Source of the DNA: an uncultured delta proteobacterium
Lineage (GTDB): Bacteria; Desulfobacterota; Binatia; Binatales; Binataceae
Assembly: GCA_963808235.1 (NCBI GenBank)
Contig: CAWEEQ010000003.1
Coordinates: 48,629-112,628 of the forward strand
DNA: 64,000 bases
Reading direction: 5' to 3'
A program made the translations under genes and the position numbers. Numbering within the stretch: the first letter of the stretch is position 1; the number at the start of each line of letters is the position of its first letter. Below, piece after piece: positions 58,505 to 64,000 of this stretch. Under the pieces are notes generated by a model. That model was not told the DNA's origin. It searched no databases and saw nothing but the letters and a program-made list of their open reading frames with translations.

Positions 58505-59095
58505 CTACTTTGGATTCGCCTCGAGCGCGGGTGCTCGGGTGCCGGGCTCAGACTGAAAGTTGGGCAAATCGCGCGTCGGTGTGATTCGTATCACGACTAT
58601 TGTTCCGGAATCGATCTTGTCGCGAGTGGGGCGGTGAAGGCCCACGCGCGCGAGCAGATATCTTTTCGGATACTGATCGATCACCTGATCCTGGAGACTC
58701 TTGTCCTGCACGATTTCCGCCTTGCCGATAAACGCGGGGCCGGTACGCTCGCCGATCCAGATCAGCGCCGGGCTGCCGCGCTTGATTCGCCTGGCCTTCC
58801 AAGTGTCCGGCCCGGTCTGGATCAGCACCTGGTTGTCGCTGGTGGTGATGAACCAGACGGGAACGGCGGTGCTCTGGTTGCCGTCCTTGCGGACGGTGGC
58901 GATGTAGATGAGGTTCGCTTTCGAGAGAGCGTCGACGTCGCGAGCTGAGGTCGCGGAGGTTCCGATGCCGGCCGACGCGGCGAGCGTGGCCAGAATCGAT
59001 GTGGCGCCGACGAGGTATCCCAGGGCGCGGAGTAGAATCGCGGCAGGCGGCTTCATGGAATTCACTTGTTCACTTCCTTGACGAACTTGACTCAA
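58505..59095 (-). CDS. Pyridoxamine-5'-phosphate-oxidase-like split-barrel protein with N-terminal signal/TM (start uncertain)
   Basis: IYIATVRKDG...VPVWF, TWKARRI, KRY. Confidence 0.75.
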   Translation of the reverse strand: MSQVRQGSEQVNSMKPPAAILLRALGYLVGATSILATLAASAGIGTSATSARDVDALSKANLIYIATVRKDGNQSTAVPVWFITTSDNQVLIQTGPDTWKARRIKRGSPALIWIGERTGPAFIGKAEIVQDKSLQDQVIDQYPKRYLLARVGLHRPTRDKIDSGTIVVIRITPTRDLPNFQSEPGTRAPALEANPK

Positions 59096-61678
59096 TCGCC
59101 GAGATAGCGCCGGCGTACGAAGACTTCACCCAGGAACATCGCGAATACAAGCGGAATCAAAAAGCGGATCGGCGCTGCGCCGGTAGGCAACGGTCTGGCC
59201 GGTATGGCGAGCGACTTCCGCGACGGGCGCATCGAAAGCACCGTGGGTCACGCTCGAGAGGCGGCGCAAGAGATCGAGATTGGCGGGCTTGATGCGCAGC
59301 TCCGCGCTCTCGGCGGGTATCGATCCGGCGGCGGCGAATTCGCGCTGCTCGAGGACTTTTTCGGAATCCCTCGCCTTGATCATCAGCGTCGCGACGTACT
59401 TGCCGCGCGGCAGCGGACCGACCTCGCCACGATAAAGAGAAGCGTCGGTCTCGGTCATCGCGACGTCGATCGCGCGGCCGGGGCCGGTAATCCGGCAGAC
59501 CAGGTTGCCGACCGGATTGGGGTCGGCTTTTTCCGCCTCGACGGTGATCGATCCATCTGGGGAGGCGTGAAGACGGGTCGTAAAAACTCCGGAGTCGCCC
59601 TGGCGCATCGTCCAGGTAACGAGCTGCGACCAGAATTCCGCATAGCGATTCCACCTGATCCAGCTGAGTGTCGCGAGCGAGTCGGGATCGGCGGCAAATA
59701 TCGCGGTGCGACCCAGACCGTATTGCCAGCTCGCGAGCAGCGGCTCCGATTTGTCGGCGCGAACTATCTTGAGCGCGACCTGCGCGCCGTCTTTGGGGTC
59801 AGTCGCGGCGAAGAAGTCGATCGGCGGAATCTCGCTCAGGCCGATGCCGGAGAGCATCGCTGTCGCCTCGCCGGTTTCGACGGTAGCACGGCCCTGCTTG
59901 CGCCGGTTCATCGCCTCGCGAGTGAGTCCGACCAGCAGCAGCGGCAGCTTCTCGATATCCTGCACGCGATAGAAGACGCCGCCGGTCGCCTGCGCGAAGT
60001 CCTGCAACAGGCGCAGGTTGGCCAGGTCGGGTCCGATGCGGATAGTCGAGACGGGGATATGCTGGCGGGAGAATTCCGCGATGAGATCGTCATGGTCGTG
60101 ATACTGGCGGTTGGTGTCGCCGTCGGTGAGCAGGATGACCTGGCGGACCGGAACGCCGCTTTGCAGAATTTCGCGCTCGGCAATTTCAAGCGCGTCCTTG
60201 AAGTCGGTGCCACCGCCGGGCTGCAGGCGGTCGATGCGATTTTCGAGTTCGCTGCGATCGTCACCGAGCGGCTGCATATGGGCGAGCACGTAGGGTTGCG
60301 AGTCGAACGCGATAACTCCGGCGAAATCGGTATCGTCAAGCTGGCGGAGCAGCGCAATGGCGGCTTCCTTGGCATAGCGGATACGCTCGCCGTCACGAAC
60401 GGCCGGGTAGCGCGAGTCGTAGCTCATCGAGTTCGAGCGATCGATGCATAGATAGACCGCAATCGGCTCGCGCGAGGGCGGCGGCGGCTGCGGCAGGAAC
60501 TTTACCGGCAGCGCCTTTTCCAATTCGCCGCCCGCGAGCTTTTCCTCGCGCAGGGTATCGCCAGTGGCTACCAGTCCGCCGCCGTATTCGGCCACGTAGC
60601 GATTGAGGGCGTGCTGCGCCGCAGGAGTCAGCGAACCTTCGGGCACATCATCGAGGATCACCAGCTGATACGGCAGGTAGTCCGCCGGATGCTCGCTGAG
60701 ACTGCGCGGGGAGACGAAATCGATCTGATATTTGCGCATCTTGAGCGCGGTCACGAGGCTTGACGGCATGGTGGCCGACACGATCAGGACCCGCGGCGCG
60801 CCGGTGACGGTGATCGCAGCCTCGACGCGCGGATTCAGCGCGACGCGTGGCGGAGCGACCGCGACCTCGGCGCTCATCAGGTATGCGCCGGCGCGATCGA
60901 TTCGGTACGGAAGCTCGAAGCGGTTGAGGCCGGGTTTAAGCGTGATCGATTCTTCGCCGACGGCGGTGTCGTCGCGGTAAAGCTTGAGCATCGCGGCGAC
61001 TGGCGACTGCGACTCGCTATCGACGTCGATTCTGAACGCGAAGCGCTGATCGGAACGCGCGGTGTCGGGCGACTCGAAATTGGTGACGGCGATTCGCTCG
61101 GTTGCCGACGGCGGAGGCGCGGCGGCATAAATACGCACGCCATCTTCGAGCATGGTGGAGACTTCGGCCAGCGCGGAATCCTCGGTTTCATTTCCGTCCG
61201 ACAGCAACACGATCCGCTTGTCAGCGTCGGATGGAAAAAGGCTCTCGGCCGCTGTCAGCGCGCCCGCAATATTGGTCGCGCCGCCATCCACGCCATCGGC
61301 GACATGGCCGACCAGGCGCGGATCGGCGAGCGGTGCGAGCAGCCGAGCGTCGCGGCCGAAGCCTACCACGCCGAGTTGGTCGGTAGGCGCCATCGCGGCC
61401 TTCAACTCATCGACTCGCCGGCGCATCCAATCCTGCTGATCGGGCGACATCGAGCGCGACTGGTCGAGCACCGCGACCACGGCAACACTCTTCGCGGCGA
61501 TACGGCCGGGAACGCGCAGGCCCGCGAGCATCGCAACCAGCGCCGCGACGCAGAGCATCCGCAACACCGCCGAAGCCGCGCCGGCGAGCCGCATTCCATT
61601 GCGCATCGCGACAATTCCCGGAATCGCAGCGACCGGCGCCAGAGCGAGCAGCCAGAGAAGCGTGGGCCGATCAAACAT
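59092..61678 (-). CDS. Double-VWA / GATase-like membrane protein (paralog of 12071..14647; +1 frameshift near the C-terminus)
   Basis: LDQSRSM, LLSDG, IDRSNSM, LLTDG, WQYGLGR; removing one base of the A5 run at 59159-59163 restores PLLIPLVFAMFLGEVFVRRRYLGD*. Confidence 0.85.
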
Positions 61679-63563
61679 GCCGCATCCCCCAGCGCGCCGC
61701 ATGGCGAATCAACATCGCCGATTCGACCATCAACGCGAGCAACGCCAACGCGACCAGCAGGAAAACCAGCGGATGAACTTCTTTGGCGGGCTCATTCGCG
61801 GCGGCCGAGGATTTTTCAGCGGGTGCGCTCGATGCAGTGACTGGCTTTGCGCCGAGATCAGACTCCGTGGCGTCGTAGTAATTCGCGAGCACCTCTATCG
61901 TCTGAGATCCCGATTCGATCGAGTAACGGCCCGCATTCAGCGGGCGAATTCGCACGCGCCCAAATCGATCGGCACTAACGACGCGCACGTTTCGTTCAGG
62001 CTCGGTCACGCGCGCGCTCGCAGTGGCCGGAACGCTCACGTAGGCGCCGGTCGAGACAATCTGAACGTCACGCGGCGCGGTGAGGTGCTTGAGCAGATCG
62101 ACGGTGAGGATCAGTGCGTCGAGGTGATCCGGAGCAAGCAGCAGATGGTTGCGGACATCGAACGCGATGAGAGCGACGGGGCCGCCCGACGCGTCGCCAA
62201 AGGCGGCAACGGGAATCGAACGATGTCCCGGTCCCGCGGCAGTCGCGATCGGATCCATCCATTCGGGGAGCTCCACGATTCGAGTCGCGCCCAGGGTCAC
62301 CGATTCGCCACCACCCAACGCGCCGATCGAGGCTGCATTGAGATCGACATTTGCGAGCGCTCCGTCTACCGAAATGCCATCGGGACGCGGTGCGCCACTT
62401 TTGTTTTGCGGCGGATATACGAACAGCGTGGAGCCGGCTGCGATCGCGGGCACATAGCAATCATGCATCACGACCAACTCGAACGGCTTCACGGTCGCGC
62501 CAACGACGTTCGCTTCTGGACGATAGCGCGCGGGATCCGCGGTCTCGATCTGGAAATTGGAGTTGAGCGCAAGCAGAACGCGGGCGAGATCGTCACGCAC
62601 CGCGGCATCGGGTGAGAGCACCAGCACGCGCGCCGGCGTATCGGACGCTGCGTAAGCATAGCGGCTGTTGTCGGCCTCGATCGCATCGGCAGTAAGGATT
62701 CGCGCATGCAGGACGCCACCGCCCAGAAGCGGGCCGAACGGCACCGCCGCTTGTTCGCGCGGCGAAAGAATCAGAGTCTGATGAAACACTTCGTTACTGC
62801 CGAGATCGATCGCAAGCTCGCACGGATGCGGGTGCGCAGAGAAGTTGCGAATGACGGCGCGTCCTTTCGTCGAGCCGGGGACACCCGGATCGAGCGAGAC
62901 GATCGCGAGGTTTGCGTCGCCGGCGCCGACCTGGTGGAAATTCACATGCGCGCTCGGTGCGACATCGGCAAGCACGGTGCCGGGAGCCGGCCGATCGGCA
63001 AACAGATCTATTTCTCCACTGCCTCGCGCACGCATCAAAGCTGCTCTGAGAGCGGTCGCGCGCGCCGGCACGTCAATCGCCGCCAAACTTTCAATGGCTT
63101 TGCGCAGCACGGCTGAATTCGCGGTCTGCGGCTGGCGGAGCTCGGCTTCGAGCGCATATCCGATGACGCTGAACTCGTCACCGACCGGTGCGTGGCGGAT
63201 CATTTCCAGCGCTTCTTGACGAGCGTCATCGAGTCGCGTGGCCGGCCCCGCGCCGTCGCGCGCGCTCATCGCGGCGCCGAGATCAAAGACCAGCGCGTGA
63301 ACTCTGCCGTGCGCGATCGACGGCGGACGCATCACGTACATGCCGGCAATCGCAAGAGTCAGCGCCGCGAGCGTCGCAATCTCGAGCCAGAAGAGCGGAT
63401 CGAGCCGCACATGGCGGACACTCGCGACCGGCGCAGGCGCTTCGTCGAACAGCATCAGGCTGGACACGTCGAGGGTCGGACGCGAGCGCGAGCGCAGATA
63501 GATCAGCACCAGCAACGCGAGGCTGAGTGCATAGAGGAAATTTTGCGGACTTAGAAAACCCAC
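61671..63563 (-). CDS. BatA N-terminal + VWA membrane protein (paralog of 10265..12067)
   Basis: MGFLSP...VSSLMLF, LVFDLGAAM, C-terminal TM with E. Confidence 0.85.
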   Translation of the reverse strand: MGFLSPQNFLYALSLALLVLIYLRSRSRPTLDVSSLMLFDEAPAPVASVRHVRLDPLFWLEIATLAALTLAIAGMYVMRPPSIAHGRVHALVFDLGAAMSARDGAGPATRLDDARQEALEMIRHAPVGDEFSVIGYALEAELRQPQTANSAVLRKAIESLAAIDVPARATALRAALMRARGSGEIDLFADRPAPGTVLADVAPSAHVNFHQVGAGDANLAIVSLDPGVPGSTKGRAVIRNFSAHPHPCELAIDLGSNEVFHQTLILSPREQAAVPFGPLLGGGVLHARILTADAIEADNSRYAYAASDTPARVLVLSPDAAVRDDLARVLLALNSNFQIETADPARYRPEANVVGATVKPFELVVMHDCYVPAIAAGSTLFVYPPQNKSGAPRPDGISVDGALANVDLNAASIGALGGGESVTLGATRIVELPEWMDPIATAAGPGHRSIPVAAFGDASGGPVALIAFDVRNHLLLAPDHLDALILTVDLLKHLTAPRDVQIVSTGAYVSVPATASARVTEPERNVRVVSADRFGRVRIRPLNAGRYSIESGSQTIEVLANYYDATESDLGAKPVTASSAPAEKSSAAANEPAKEVHPLVFLLVALALLALMVESAMLIRHAARWGMRHV

Positions 63564-63578
63564 GTTTATCCCGGCTGG

Positions 63579-64000
63579 CTACCTTACAATCCCGAGCAGT
63601 GGGAGTTCGCGTTCCATGAAGTCTTCAAAACTGCCCGCGCCGAATGCCTGCGCATAAGTAATTGCGTGGTTGGTGCAGATATCGCGAACCCGGCTCGCTA
63701 TCTGTTCGACTTTGCCGCGCAGCGCAGCCATCGCCGCCGGGCCAAAGATCGTCTCGCGGATTTCGCCGGTCTCGGCATCGCGCACTCGGAACAATCCCGG
63801 TGGATACGAGGCGGTGGACTCCTGCTCGCCCATCACGTGGATGACTTTCACCTCGTGGCGCGCGGCGACCAATCGTGTGAGAGCGTCTTCGGCGTCACCC
63901 GCGCTGACCAGGAAATCCGATATGACGATCACCGTGCCCGCTGGCCGGCGCTGGAGCAACAACTGATCGACGGCTGCTCCGAGACGGGTCTCGCCGCCCG
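63579..64000 (-). CDS. DUF58 protein, C-terminal part (5' end outside the window)
   Basis: GGETRLG...VIVISDFL...RDAETGE. Confidence 0.8.
   Translation of the reverse strand, partial: GGETRLGAAVDQLLLQRRPAGTVIVISDFLVSAGDAEDALTRLVAARHEVKVIHVMGEQESTASYPPGLFRVRDAETGEIRETIFGPAAMAALRGKVEQIASRVRDICTNHAITYAQAFGAGSFEDFMERELPLLGIVR

Overview
High-GC bacterial chromosomal segment. The gene style (Thr/Ala-linker + ASH/choice-of-anchor-D surface proteins, zinc-ribbon/cyclase/STAND/TPR protein, stand-alone HTH_17) suggests Candidatus Binatota; this is inference only. Contents in order: a truncated giant Kelch/Ig surface protein, an S1/P1 nuclease fused to an Ada-type metal-binding domain, mltG, a MoxR-DUF58-BatA-VWA operon, NUDIX, ATP-dependent ligase and a secreted glycoside-hydrolase-like protein. 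A visibly less GC-rich block (~21.8-34.5 kb) encodes a putative uncharacterised isoprenoid cassette: PDS/HpnE-like flavoprotein, hypothetical protein, polyprenyl synthase, tandem acetoacetate-decarboxylase-like protein, NAD epimerase, methyltransferase and a STAND regulator. After it come a D,D-carboxypeptidase, a cyclase-STAND protein, lipid/CoA metabolism genes, a perfect parS palindrome (49094-49109), a circularly permuted alkaline-phosphatase-family protein, bactofilin and a second, oppositely oriented DUF58-BatA-VWA set. At least six frameshifts sit in or beside homopolymer/dinucleotide runs and are probably assembly errors. Several genes look leaderless. No rRNA, tRNA, CRISPR array or intact transposase/integrase was recognised. 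All family assignments come from motif recognition by eye, not database searches.
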